A stretch of 44,902 bases of DNA from contig CAIQHJ010000057.1 in the NCBI GenBank assembly GCA_903871575.1, forward strand, positions 1-44,902, written 5' to 3'. Positions within the stretch are counted from its first letter, which is position 1; each line of letters opens with the position of its first letter. The stretch is from an uncultured Bacteroidota bacterium. GTDB taxonomy: Bacteria; Bacteroidota; Bacteroidia; Chitinophagales; Chitinophagaceae. Under the pieces are notes generated by a model, which ran no database searches, was not told the DNA's origin, and was given only the letters and a program-made list of their open reading frames with translations. Positions 29,893 to 39,010 of this stretch are shown here, one piece after another. Position numbers and translations under genes: made by a program.

Positions 29893-30654
29893 ATGCTAAA
29901 TTTTAGAGTAGATAACAAAGTAGCCATCGTTACAGGTTGCAACAAAGGAATTGGATTGGCTATTGCTGTTGCATTGGCAGAAAATGGCGCAGATATTATT
30001 GGCGTGAGTAGCAAAATGAAAACAACGGGTCAAGAAGTAGAAGCTGCCGTACAAGCAACAGGAAGAAAGTTCTTTGCATACAATGCAGATTTTACCGATC
30101 GCGCTTCCATCTATCAGTTTCTTACTGATGTGCAAAACGATCATCCACGCATTGACATTTTAATCAACAATGCCGGACATATTCTTAGAACCCCAGCTGC
30201 AGATCACTCTGATGAATATTGGGATACCATCATCGACATCAACCTCAATGCACAATTCATCATCACCAGAGAAATTGGCAAGCAGATGATTAAAAACGGT
30301 TATGGCAAAATTGTGTTTACCGCTTCCTTATTGAGTTTTCAAGGCGGAATCAATGTTCCAGGTTATGCAGCCAGCAAAGGTGCCGTTTCATCTTTGCTCA
30401 AAGCATTTGCCAATGAATGGGCAAAATTTGGCATCACCGTAAATGGGATTGCTCCAGGCTATATTGCAACAGACAATACCGCTTTGCTCCGAGCAGATGC
30501 TGAACGCAACGCTTCTATTTTAGCAAGAATTCCTGCAGGAAAATGGGGAAGCCCGGATGACTTAACCGGTGGTTTTGTATTCTTATCGTCGCCCGCTTCC
30601 GATTATGTAAATGGAACCATACTTACCATTGATGGCGGATGGATGGGAAGATAA
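29893..30654 (+). CDS. kduD: 2-dehydro-3-deoxy-D-gluconate 5-dehydrogenase (SDR)
   Basis: TGCNKGIG, ASLLSFQGGINVPGYAASKG, PGYIATDNT, DGGWMGR; adjacent to kduI. Confidence 0.92.
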   Translation: MLNFRVDNKVAIVTGCNKGIGLAIAVALAENGADIIGVSSKMKTTGQEVEAAVQATGRKFFAYNADFTDRASIYQFLTDVQNDHPRIDILINNAGHILRTPAADHSDEYWDTIIDINLNAQFIITREIGKQMIKNGYGKIVFTASLLSFQGGINVPGYAASKGAVSSLLKAFANEWAKFGITVNGIAPGYIATDNTALLRADAERNASILARIPAGKWGSPDDLTGGFVFLSSPASDYVNGTILTIDGGWMGR

Positions 30655-30700
30655 GCACAGATTATTTTTTGTCTACAATAATCATTACATAAGTTTTTTC

Positions 30701-30739
30701 AAAATAGGCTGCATCGTGAAAACGACAGCCTATTTTTTT
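30701..30739 (+). terminator. Intrinsic terminator after kduD
   Basis: AAAATAGGCTG-ca-TCGT-GAAA-ACGA-CAGCCTATTTT with T7 tail. Confidence 0.85.
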
Positions 30740-30783
30740 GATTAGCCTTTCAATGAAATATAAAAATAAGGTACCTTCATTTC

Positions 30784-31449
30784 ATGATGCATTTCTATCT
30801 TCTTATAAAAAAAATCAAAACGTATTTGATTTTACTCAGCTGCTTTTTTGTTGTTGCTACTATATTTTTAATAGCATTGGGAAAGGATGGATCATTTTTA
30901 TGGCTCAATCAATACCACAACAATTGGATGGATTTATTTTTTTCCAAATACACTTTTTTTGGCGATGGATTATTTGCGGTATTGTTGTCTGTGATTTTAT
31001 TTTTCTTTATTAAAACACAACGACTTTCGATGATCTTGCTGAGCGCCTATATCGTTTCCGGCTTATTGGCTCAATTGCTCAAAAGATTGTTCAACGCACC
31101 AAGACCTAAAGCATTTTTCACTCCCGAACAATACAACAAATTTGTAGATGGTGTAACGGTAGCCAATAGCCACAGTTTTCCATCTGGACACACCACTACA
31201 GCTTTTGGCATGGCCATCATACTCGCTTATTTCACTTCAAACAAATACCTGCAAAGCATATTTTTTATATTGGCTCTAACAGCAGGGTTTTCTAGAATCT
31301 ACCTTGGTCAGCACTTCCTAACTGATGTGTTGGCTGGTGCAATTTTAGGTTCGTTCATTTCTTTGTGTGCAATACTTATTTCCAACAGCATCCCAAATCA
31401 AAAACCTGTACAGCTTTTACAATATAAAAAAAGCAATCAAAACGGATAA
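30784..31449 (+). CDS. PAP2-family membrane phosphatase
   Basis: KRLFNAPRP, SFPSGHT, SRIYLGQHF motifs; several TM segments. Confidence 0.9.
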   Translation: MMHFYLLIKKIKTYLILLSCFFVVATIFLIALGKDGSFLWLNQYHNNWMDLFFSKYTFFGDGLFAVLLSVILFFFIKTQRLSMILLSAYIVSGLLAQLLKRLFNAPRPKAFFTPEQYNKFVDGVTVANSHSFPSGHTTTAFGMAIILAYFTSNKYLQSIFFILALTAGFSRIYLGQHFLTDVLAGAILGSFISLCAILISNSIPNQKPVQLLQYKKSNQNG

Positions 31450-31450
31450 T

Positions 31451-31476
31451 AAAAAACCCCGAGCAATGTCGGGGCT
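31451..31476 (-). terminator. Hairpin with U-tail on the minus strand
   Basis: Minus strand CCCCGA-cattgc-TCGGGG-TTTTTT. Confidence 0.7.
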
Positions 31477-31848
31477 TAGTATGTTGGCTTCAGATGGTAG
31501 TTTTTAATTGTAATGCATAGGATTCGGAAGCCGGGTTTTCATTGGATGGATTCGATTTTTTTGTAGGATATTGGATGTAGCAACATGTTTGCTTCTTGAA
31601 ATAAAAGTACCCACCATTCCCCAGGATATCCAATTAATTGAACAGTTACATTTAATTTTCGGTTTTTATACGCTGCTTTCCTAGGTATTGTTACTTATTT
31701 ATCTTCCAAAAATCAACATCATGTTATAAATTGCTTCAGATATTAAATGGAGTGCTTTTAAAGCCAAACGAATTTCTACAACGATAAAGCTTTCGATTTC
31801 AGTAAATACTCAATATTTTTTTAGATATTTGCCTAATCATTATTTAGC

Positions 31849-33105
31849 ATGAAGGTTTTACTCCAAAAAGCAAAGATTGTTTGTCAACATTCTGGTTATC
31901 ACAACCAAGTGAAAGATATTTTAATTGTTGACGGAAAGATTCATCAAATATCCAATGACATCATTAGTGAAGACGCTACATGTATTCATGCAGATGCATT
32001 GCATGTAAGCACAGGTTGGGTGGATATTTTTGCTCAGTTTTGCGACCCAGGTTACGAGTTCAGGGAAACACTCGAATCGGGATCTAATGCTGCTGCTGCT
32101 GGTGGTTTTACAGACGTAATGATTATTCCAAACACCAATCCGGTTGTCTGTTCCAAATCACAAGTTGAATACATCATCCAAAAAAGCAAATCGCTCATTT
32201 CCACCATACACCCATTAGGTGCCATTACCAAAAATGCAGAAGGAAAAGCATTGGCAGAAATGTACGACATGCACAGTAGTGGTGCGGTAGCATTTACCGA
32301 CGGAACCAATCCTTTGCAGGATGCCAACATCATGATTAAGGCTTTGCAATATGCTTTGGCTACAAATTCAGTTATCATACAAGTTCCGGATGAAAAAAAT
32401 ATTTCTGCGCATGGTTTAATCAATGAAGGTGTCATCAGCACGCAAATGGGACTACCAGGTATACCCGCCATTGCAGAAGAATTAATGATTGCCAGAGATA
32501 TCGAATTGTTGCAGTATACCCAATCCAATTTGCACATCACCAGCGTTTCAACACAAAAAGGCATGGAATTAATTGCTAACGCAAAGCAAGCAGGATTGGC
32601 AATTACCTGTTCTGTTACACCCTATCACTTGCATTTTTGTGATGAAGACCTAACCGGTTATCAAACCAACTTAAAATTAAATCCTCCACTTCGTACAAAA
32701 GCCGACATGTTGTTTTTAAGATCGGCCGTTTCGAAGGGCTTGGTTGATTGTATCGCTTCTCATCATACACCACTTCACTGGGATGACAAAACATGTGAAT
32801 TTGAATATGCAAAATATGGCATGATTGGACTTGAAACCCTTTTCGGTGTTGTATCTCCAGTTATTAACGATATTGAATTATTGGTTTCCATGCTTACAGA
32901 AAAACCAAGAACGACATTCGGATTATCGATTCCAACAATTGAAGAAGGTGCCGATGCTTGTCTTAGTTTTTTTGACCCAACTTGCAACTACACCTTTGAA
33001 GAAAAAATGATTCAATCAACTTCAAAGAACAGCCCATTTATCGGAAAAACCTTACATGGTAAAGTGCTGGGCATCATCAATAAAGGTAAGGTCCTTATCA
33101 ATTGA
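31849..33105 (+). CDS. pyrC: Dihydroorotase-family protein with degenerate metal site (PyrC'-like)
   Basis: DPGYEFRETLESG..AAAAGGFT, PNTNP, KLNPPLR; DxHxH reads DIFAQ and DHAP reads HHTP. Confidence 0.8.
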   Translation: MKVLLQKAKIVCQHSGYHNQVKDILIVDGKIHQISNDIISEDATCIHADALHVSTGWVDIFAQFCDPGYEFRETLESGSNAAAAGGFTDVMIIPNTNPVVCSKSQVEYIIQKSKSLISTIHPLGAITKNAEGKALAEMYDMHSSGAVAFTDGTNPLQDANIMIKALQYALATNSVIIQVPDEKNISAHGLINEGVISTQMGLPGIPAIAEELMIARDIELLQYTQSNLHITSVSTQKGMELIANAKQAGLAITCSVTPYHLHFCDEDLTGYQTNLKLNPPLRTKADMLFLRSAVSKGLVDCIASHHTPLHWDDKTCEFEYAKYGMIGLETLFGVVSPVINDIELLVSMLTEKPRTTFGLSIPTIEEGADACLSFFDPTCNYTFEEKMIQSTSKNSPFIGKTLHGKVLGIINKGKVLIN

Positions 33106-33107
33106 TT

Positions 33108-33593
33108 ATGAAACCCATCAGCGCTACAAAAAAAGGAGTTATCATTTCTGTTGCTTTAATCGCATCTTCTTTAATAACTTTCTATCCTTTACAGATGTCT
33201 GAAAGAGGACAAAGTCAGTACATCACCCTGTCCATTTTCATTGCAGGTTTAGTTTGGGTATTATATTCCTTCAAACAAAAAAATCCAAGCAGTAGTTTTA
33301 AAGCCTATTTCAATGAAGGTTTTAAATGTTTTATTGTGGTTACATTATTGATGGTCTTGCATACATTTGTTTTTTACAAGTTGAATCCACAGATCTTAGA
33401 AAATGCAATCCAGGAAAACAATGCAATCATTCAAAATGGCGGCAACAGAACAGCGATGGAAATTGCTGAAAACACAAAAAAAATTAGAAACATATTCATG
33501 CCAATGATGCTTTCAATCAACACAATAAAATACTTAATTTTAGGCTCGTTGATTTCAGTAGTTTGCGGCGGATTTTTTAGTCAGAAAAATTAA
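33108..33593 (+). CDS. DUF4199-like membrane protein
   Basis: Four hydrophobic segments, FKAYFNEGFK motif; usual position between pyrC and GT2; ATG at 33108. Confidence 0.7.
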   Translation: MKPISATKKGVIISVALIASSLITFYPLQMSERGQSQYITLSIFIAGLVWVLYSFKQKNPSSSFKAYFNEGFKCFIVVTLLMVLHTFVFYKLNPQILENAIQENNAIIQNGGNRTAMEIAENTKKIRNIFMPMMLSINTIKYLILGSLISVVCGGFFSQKN

Positions 33594-33623
33594 GTGTTCT
33601 TTTGAACCTTCAAAACTATTTAT

Positions 33624-34565
33624 ATGGATGTATCTATTGTCATTCCGTTGTTTAATGAAGATGAGTCGCTGCCGGAATTAACCGCATGGATTGAAAAAGT
33701 GGTAACTGAAAATCAATTGAGTTATGAAGTCATCATGATAGATGATGGCAGCACTGACCAATCCTGGTCGGTAATTGAAGCGCTTCGTAAAAACAACCCC
33801 AACATCAAAGGCATTAAGTTTCAAAGAAATTACGGGAAAAGCGCGGCCTTAAACGAAGGTTTTAAAGCTGCACAAGGCGAAGTAATTATCACCATGGATG
33901 CAGATATGCAAGATAGTCCAGATGAAATTCCTGGATTAAGAAACATGTTATTGGATGGTAATTATGATATTGTGAGTGGCTGGAAGAAGAAAAGATTTGA
34001 CAACGCATTGACAAAAAATTTACCAAGCAAACTTTTCAACGCCGCCGCTAGAAAAATGAGTAAAATTCAACTCAACGATTTCAACTGTGGTTTGAAAGCT
34101 TATAAATTGAAAGTGGTAAAATGCATTGAAGTATATGGCGAGATGCATCGCTATGTTCCTGTATTGGCAAAATGGGCCGGCTTTAGAAAAATTGGCGAAA
34201 AAGTTGTTGAACATCGTCCCAGAAAATATGGTGTTACCAAATTTGGTTGGGATCGATTTGTAAATGGATTTCTAGATTTGATGACCATCTTCTTTGTAGG
34301 GAAATTCGGAAAAAGACCCATGCATTTTTTTGGTCTTTGGGGAATGGCCAGCTTTGGATTTGGCTTTTTGGTTTTCATTTATCTTACGGTTTCAAAATTT
34401 TTCTTTGATGTAACCGGTATGACAGAGCGTCCTTTGTTTTTCTTTGCCATATTGGCCATGATTATTGGTACACAACTTTTCTTAGCAGGCTTTATTGGTG
34501 AGCTAATTACCCGCAATGCGACTGAAAGAAATCATTATCTTATTGAAGACAAATTGGGATTGTAA
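33624..34565 (+). CDS. GT2 polyprenol-phosphate glycosyltransferase (ArnC/GtrB-like)
   Basis: SIVIPLFNE, DDGSTD, RNYGKSAAL, DADMQD, two C-terminal TM helices. Confidence 0.93.
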   Translation: MDVSIVIPLFNEDESLPELTAWIEKVVTENQLSYEVIMIDDGSTDQSWSVIEALRKNNPNIKGIKFQRNYGKSAALNEGFKAAQGEVIITMDADMQDSPDEIPGLRNMLLDGNYDIVSGWKKKRFDNALTKNLPSKLFNAAARKMSKIQLNDFNCGLKAYKLKVVKCIEVYGEMHRYVPVLAKWAGFRKIGEKVVEHRPRKYGVTKFGWDRFVNGFLDLMTIFFVGKFGKRPMHFFGLWGMASFGFGFLVFIYLTVSKFFFDVTGMTERPLFFFAILAMIIGTQLFLAGFIGELITRNATERNHYLIEDKLGL

Positions 34566-34577
34566 ACCCACTACCCT

Positions 34578-35726
34578 TTGGATATACAGCATAAAAATAT
34601 CATCATTATCGGACCTGCGCATCCACTCAGAGGTGGTCTTGCATCCTATAATGAGCGGCTGGCAAAAGCATTTCAAGACAAAGGAAATACCGTTCAAATA
34701 TTCACATTCTCGCTGCAATACCCAGGCTTTTTGTTTCCAGGAACAACACAATTTTCGAGCGAGCCGGCACCTCCCAACCTACGCATTCGTGTTTGCATCA
34801 ATTCAATCAATCCATTCAATTGGATAAAAATTGGGAAACAGATAGCCAAGCAAAAACCAGACTTAATTATTGTTCGTTATTGGTTGCCATTTATGGGACC
34901 ATGCTTGGGTACCATTCTCAGAATCGTGAAAAAAAACAAGCATACAAAAATTGTATGTATTGCCGACAATATCATTCCCCATGAAAAAAGAATGGGCGAT
35001 CTTCAGTTCACCAAATACTTTGTAAAACCCATTGATGGCTTCATCACCATGAGTACAAAAGTATTGGAAGACTTAAAGCAATTTACAACATCTAAGCCTG
35101 CCAAATATGTTGCACATCCGCTGTATGACAACTTTGGCGAAAAAATTAATCAAGCAACTGCTCGCCAGCATTTGTCCTTACCATTGGATGTTCGGGTGGT
35201 TTTGTTTTTTGGATTCATTCGTCAATATAAAGGCTTGGATTTGCTGTTGGATGCGATTGCTATTTTAAAAAATAATCACAATCAATCGAACATTAAATTT
35301 CTAATTGCAGGTGAATTTTATGAAGACAGAAAACCTTACGATGATCAAATCCATCGATTAGGCATATACGAAGATTTAATTTTAAGAACAGATTTCATTC
35401 CAGATAGTGAAGTGAAATATTACTTATGTGCAGCAGACATGCTCATTCAGCCATATCGAAATGCAACACAAAGTGGCGTTACCCCACTTGCTTATCATTT
35501 TGAAGTGCCGATGGTGGTTACCAATGTAGGTGGATTACCAGCTTTGGTACCGGATAAAAAAGTAGGATTAATTGCAGAGCCGAATGCAGCATCCATCGCA
35601 CAAAAAATCGCCGAATTTTTTGCCGTAGGTGCAGAATCCTTCATACCAGGCCTGCAATCAGAAAAAGGAAAATACAGTTGGGATGTGATGACCGAAGAGA
35701 TTGTTTCAATCGCCAATTTTAAATAG
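34578..35726 (+). CDS. GT4 glycosyltransferase
   Basis: GPAHPLRGG, FFGFIRQYKGLD, PYRNATQSGV, TNVGGL; TTG start. Confidence 0.9.
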   Translation: MDIQHKNIIIIGPAHPLRGGLASYNERLAKAFQDKGNTVQIFTFSLQYPGFLFPGTTQFSSEPAPPNLRIRVCINSINPFNWIKIGKQIAKQKPDLIIVRYWLPFMGPCLGTILRIVKKNKHTKIVCIADNIIPHEKRMGDLQFTKYFVKPIDGFITMSTKVLEDLKQFTTSKPAKYVAHPLYDNFGEKINQATARQHLSLPLDVRVVLFFGFIRQYKGLDLLLDAIAILKNNHNQSNIKFLIAGEFYEDRKPYDDQIHRLGIYEDLILRTDFIPDSEVKYYLCAADMLIQPYRNATQSGVTPLAYHFEVPMVVTNVGGLPALVPDKKVGLIAEPNAASIAQKIAEFFAVGAESFIPGLQSEKGKYSWDVMTEEIVSIANFK

Positions 35727-35874
35727 CATTGAAAGAAACATTTTACATCACCCTAGCATAAGAACTTGGATTGTATGCATTAACAACAATCTAAGCGCAG
35801 TGTGATTTCGTGAAATAAAATCTGCAGACCATCGAACGACAAACTATTAGAAATTTGTTTAAATTGCGTGCATT

Positions 35875-36897
35875 ATGATTTACAGAAGCAAGGCTCCTTT
35901 AAGAATTGGATTAGCTGGTGGTGGAACCGATGTTAGTCCTTATAGCGACTTATATGGCGGTGCTATTTTAAATGCCACCATTTCTTTGTCGGCGTATGCA
36001 AGTATCGAACCAATAAAAGAAAATCAAATAATTGTTGAGGCCTTAGATCGCAAAGAAAAACAGGTGCTCGATTTAGCTGCTACATTACCCATCGATGGCA
36101 CCCTCGATTTGTTAAAAGGCGTTTACAATAGAATCAATGCAGAATTTAAAATACCAATGAAAGGATTTCGGTTATCTACTTTTGTGGATGCGCCTGCCGG
36201 TTCTGGCTTAGGTACTTCATCAACGTTGGTTGTAGCCGTTTTGGGCGCGTTTGTAGAAATGTTGAAACTACCTTTAGGAGATTATGATATCGCACACCTG
36301 GCTTATGAAATTGAACGATATGATTTGAAATTAGCCGGTGGAAGACAAGATCAATATGCTGCTACATTCGGTGGCGTTAACTTCATGGAATTTTACGACA
36401 ATGATAAAGTGATTGTCAATCCTTTGAGGATCCGTTCTCAATACATGCACGAGTTGGAAAACAATTTGGTGCTCTATTTTACAGCTACTTCTAGAGAAAG
36501 TGCTACCATCATCAAAGAGCAGGTGAAGAATGTAAACAACAAAGATGAGAAGAGCATTGAAGCCATGCATCAATTGAAAGAGCAGGCAAAAATGATGAAA
36601 GAAGCTTTGTTGAAAGGAAAGCTGGATGAGTTTGGTGAAATTTTGGATTATGGTTTTCAACAAAAAAGAAAGATGGCGGCAAACATCAGCAACAGTGCTA
36701 TTGAAGAAATATATGAAGCTGCAAAAAATGCAGGTGCTACTGGTGGAAAAATCAGCGGTGCTGGCGGCGGCGGTTTCATGATCTTTTATTGTCCAGGAAA
36801 TACCAACCATGCTGTAAAAGATGCATTATTACAATTTGGCGGAGAAGTAAAAAATTATACATTTACCACATACGGCTTAAGCAGCTGGAACGTTTAA
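35875..36897 (+). CDS. hddA: D-glycero-alpha-D-manno-heptose-7-phosphate kinase (GHMP family)
   Basis: APLRIGLAGGGTD, PAGSGLGTSS, GGRQDQYA, KISGAGGGGF; clustered with gmhA/hddC/gmhB. Confidence 0.88.
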   Translation: MIYRSKAPLRIGLAGGGTDVSPYSDLYGGAILNATISLSAYASIEPIKENQIIVEALDRKEKQVLDLAATLPIDGTLDLLKGVYNRINAEFKIPMKGFRLSTFVDAPAGSGLGTSSTLVVAVLGAFVEMLKLPLGDYDIAHLAYEIERYDLKLAGGRQDQYAATFGGVNFMEFYDNDKVIVNPLRIRSQYMHELENNLVLYFTATSRESATIIKEQVKNVNNKDEKSIEAMHQLKEQAKMMKEALLKGKLDEFGEILDYGFQQKRKMAANISNSAIEEIYEAAKNAGATGGKISGAGGGGFMIFYCPGNTNHAVKDALLQFGGEVKNYTFTTYGLSSWNV

Positions 36898-36916
36898 AAA
36901 TATTCAACCACTTAAC

Positions 36917-37501
36917 ATGAACAATACCATCAAAAAAATTATTCAAGCGTCTATTGATGTGAAAGCTGCTATTTTGCAAGATGAGCATCTCATCAATCAA
37001 TTGGCTTTATGTGTTAACGATATTGTTGCCGCATTCCAAAATGGCAACAAAGTATTGTTTTGTGGAAACGGAGGCAGCGCAGCGGATGCCCAGCATTTAG
37101 CTGCAGAATTCAGTGGTCGTTTTTATACCGACCGCGATGCCTTACCGGCCGAAGCCTTGCATGTAAATACATCTTATCTCACTGCCGTAGCCAATGATTA
37201 CAGCTACGATGTGGTGTATTCAAGAATCATTAAAGGAATTGGCAAAAAAGGTGATGTGCTGGTTGGATTAAGTACATCGGGCAACAGTGGCAACATTGTA
37301 AAAGCATTTGAAATGGCCAAAGAAAAAGGTATGATTACCATCGGCTTCACTGGCGAAACAGGTGGTAAAATGAAACCTTTAAGCGATTACTTACTAAATG
37401 TACCATCTACTGACACCCCAAGAATTCAAGAAAGTCATATTTTATTAGGACATATCATTTGTCAGTTGGTAGAAGAACAATATTTCAACACCAACGGCTA
37501 A
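36917..37501 (+). CDS. gmhA: Sedoheptulose-7-phosphate isomerase
   Basis: CGNGGSAADAQHLAAE, STSGNS, TPRIQESH. Confidence 0.96.
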   Translation: MNNTIKKIIQASIDVKAAILQDEHLINQLALCVNDIVAAFQNGNKVLFCGNGGSAADAQHLAAEFSGRFYTDRDALPAEALHVNTSYLTAVANDYSYDVVYSRIIKGIGKKGDVLVGLSTSGNSGNIVKAFEMAKEKGMITIGFTGETGGKMKPLSDYLLNVPSTDTPRIQESHILLGHIICQLVEEQYFNTNG

Positions 37502-37534
37502 TCGCTACGCAATTAAAAACAGCCAACACAAAGC

Positions 37535-38245
37535 ATGAACCCAAACACGCCCATTGAATGCATCATATTAGCTGGTGGATTGGGTACCCGATTGCGATCG
37601 GCTGTTCCCGACTTACCCAAATGCATGGCCCCTATTGCCGGCAAGCCTTTCGTTCAATATCTCATCAATTATTTATTGGAACAAGGCGTGTCGAAGTTTA
37701 TTTTTTCATTGGGATATATGCATGAATCGATTGAGACTTTTATTCAAGAAACTTATCCGCAATTGAATTATACAATTGCCCTCGAAGCTGAGCCACTTGG
37801 AACCGGAGGCGCCATTTTTTTGGCCTGCAAACAAGCCACTGCAAAGAATGTACTCGTAATGAATGGAGATACCATGTTTAGAATTGATGCGGTTCAATTC
37901 ATGCAATTTCATGAGGAGAACCAAGCGCAATGTAGCGTTGCATTAAAGCCCATGCAAAATTTTGAGCGATACGGTGTAGTTGAAATCGGACAAGACCATA
38001 AGATTCTATCATTCAAAGAAAAACAACATTATGCAACCGGGCTCATCAACGGTGGTGTATATGCGCTAAATACAAACTATTTTCTACAATTGCCTTTTCC
38101 CGAAAAATTTTCCTTCGAAAAAGATTTCTTAGAACAATATTTCTCAGAAGCCAATATGCTTGGTCAGGTGCAGGATGAATATTTTATTGACATTGGCATT
38201 CCCGAGGATTTTGAAAGAGCAGGAAGAGAATTAATAGATTTCTAA
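37535..38245 (+). CDS. hddC: Heptose-1-phosphate guanylyltransferase-like nucleotidyltransferase
   Basis: LAGGLGTRLRS..PK, EPLGTGGAI, NGDT, FSFEKDFL, FIDIGIPEDF. Confidence 0.85.
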   Translation: MNPNTPIECIILAGGLGTRLRSAVPDLPKCMAPIAGKPFVQYLINYLLEQGVSKFIFSLGYMHESIETFIQETYPQLNYTIALEAEPLGTGGAIFLACKQATAKNVLVMNGDTMFRIDAVQFMQFHEENQAQCSVALKPMQNFERYGVVEIGQDHKILSFKEKQHYATGLINGGVYALNTNYFLQLPFPEKFSFEKDFLEQYFSEANMLGQVQDEYFIDIGIPEDFERAGRELIDF

Positions 38246-38294
38246 TCAACCTGATTAAAGCCAGAACCGACAAAAAAATAAACCTCAAACAAAC

Positions 38295-38849
38295 ATGATT
38301 CCTTTCAACAACATCGATAAAACCTGGACACTTTTTCTCGACAGAGATGGTGTAATCAATCATGAAAAGCATATGGATTACATCCACACATGGCCTGAAT
38401 TCGTTTTTTATGATGGTGTTATTGAAGCAGTAGCAATATTTACTGGGTTATTCAATAGAATTGTTGTTGTAACCAATCAAAAAGGTGTGGGCAAAGGATT
38501 AACATCATTAGAAAACCTGCATGACATACATGCCAATATGCAACAGCATATTGAATCAGGTGGCGGAAAAATTGACGCAATATATTTTTGTCCAGACTTA
38601 AATGAAGACAGTCCCAATAGAAAACCCAATCCAGGAATGGGCTGGATGGCTAAAGCCGATTTCCCTGAAATTGATTTTTCAAAGAGTATCATGATTGGCA
38701 ACACCATCAGCGATATGACATTTGGAAAAAACATCGGCGCTTACACTGTTTTTTTACCCACAACCCGACCAGATGTGGCCTTAGATGATCATCGAATAGA
38801 TCATGTTTCAGATTCTTTGTTGGATTTTGCTGGCCTCCTATCCAAATAA
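38295..38849 (+). CDS. gmhB: Heptose-1,7-bisphosphate phosphatase (HAD IIIA)
   Basis: FLDRDGVIN, VVTNQKG, RKPNPGM. Confidence 0.88.
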   Translation: MIPFNNIDKTWTLFLDRDGVINHEKHMDYIHTWPEFVFYDGVIEAVAIFTGLFNRIVVVTNQKGVGKGLTSLENLHDIHANMQQHIESGGGKIDAIYFCPDLNEDSPNRKPNPGMGWMAKADFPEIDFSKSIMIGNTISDMTFGKNIGAYTVFLPTTRPDVALDDHRIDHVSDSLLDFAGLLSK

Positions 38850-39010
38850 ATTTTTGATAAATCATCTACTCCCACATCATTCTAAATGTATTCATACAAT
38901 CGTTTCATTACATTTACAAAGCAGTAATTGTATGATTGAAATTGCTGGAATCAAAGCAGTTCCAATTCATCCGGGAAATGATAGGTTTCATTTAATAATG
39001 ATAAAAATTC

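Noticed and set aside
1-30740. PUL as a mobile element or recent horizontal acquisition
   Set aside because: No transposase, integrase or terminal repeats, and no obvious compositional break by eye
30738-31013. 91-aa ORF overlapping PAP2
   Set aside because: Alternative frame starting inside the terminator; PAP2 frame has the motifs
35765-35795. Hairpin CTTGGATTGT/ACAATCTAAG between GT4 and hddA
   Set aside because: Weak AT-rich stem, no U-tail, no recognisable riboswitch features
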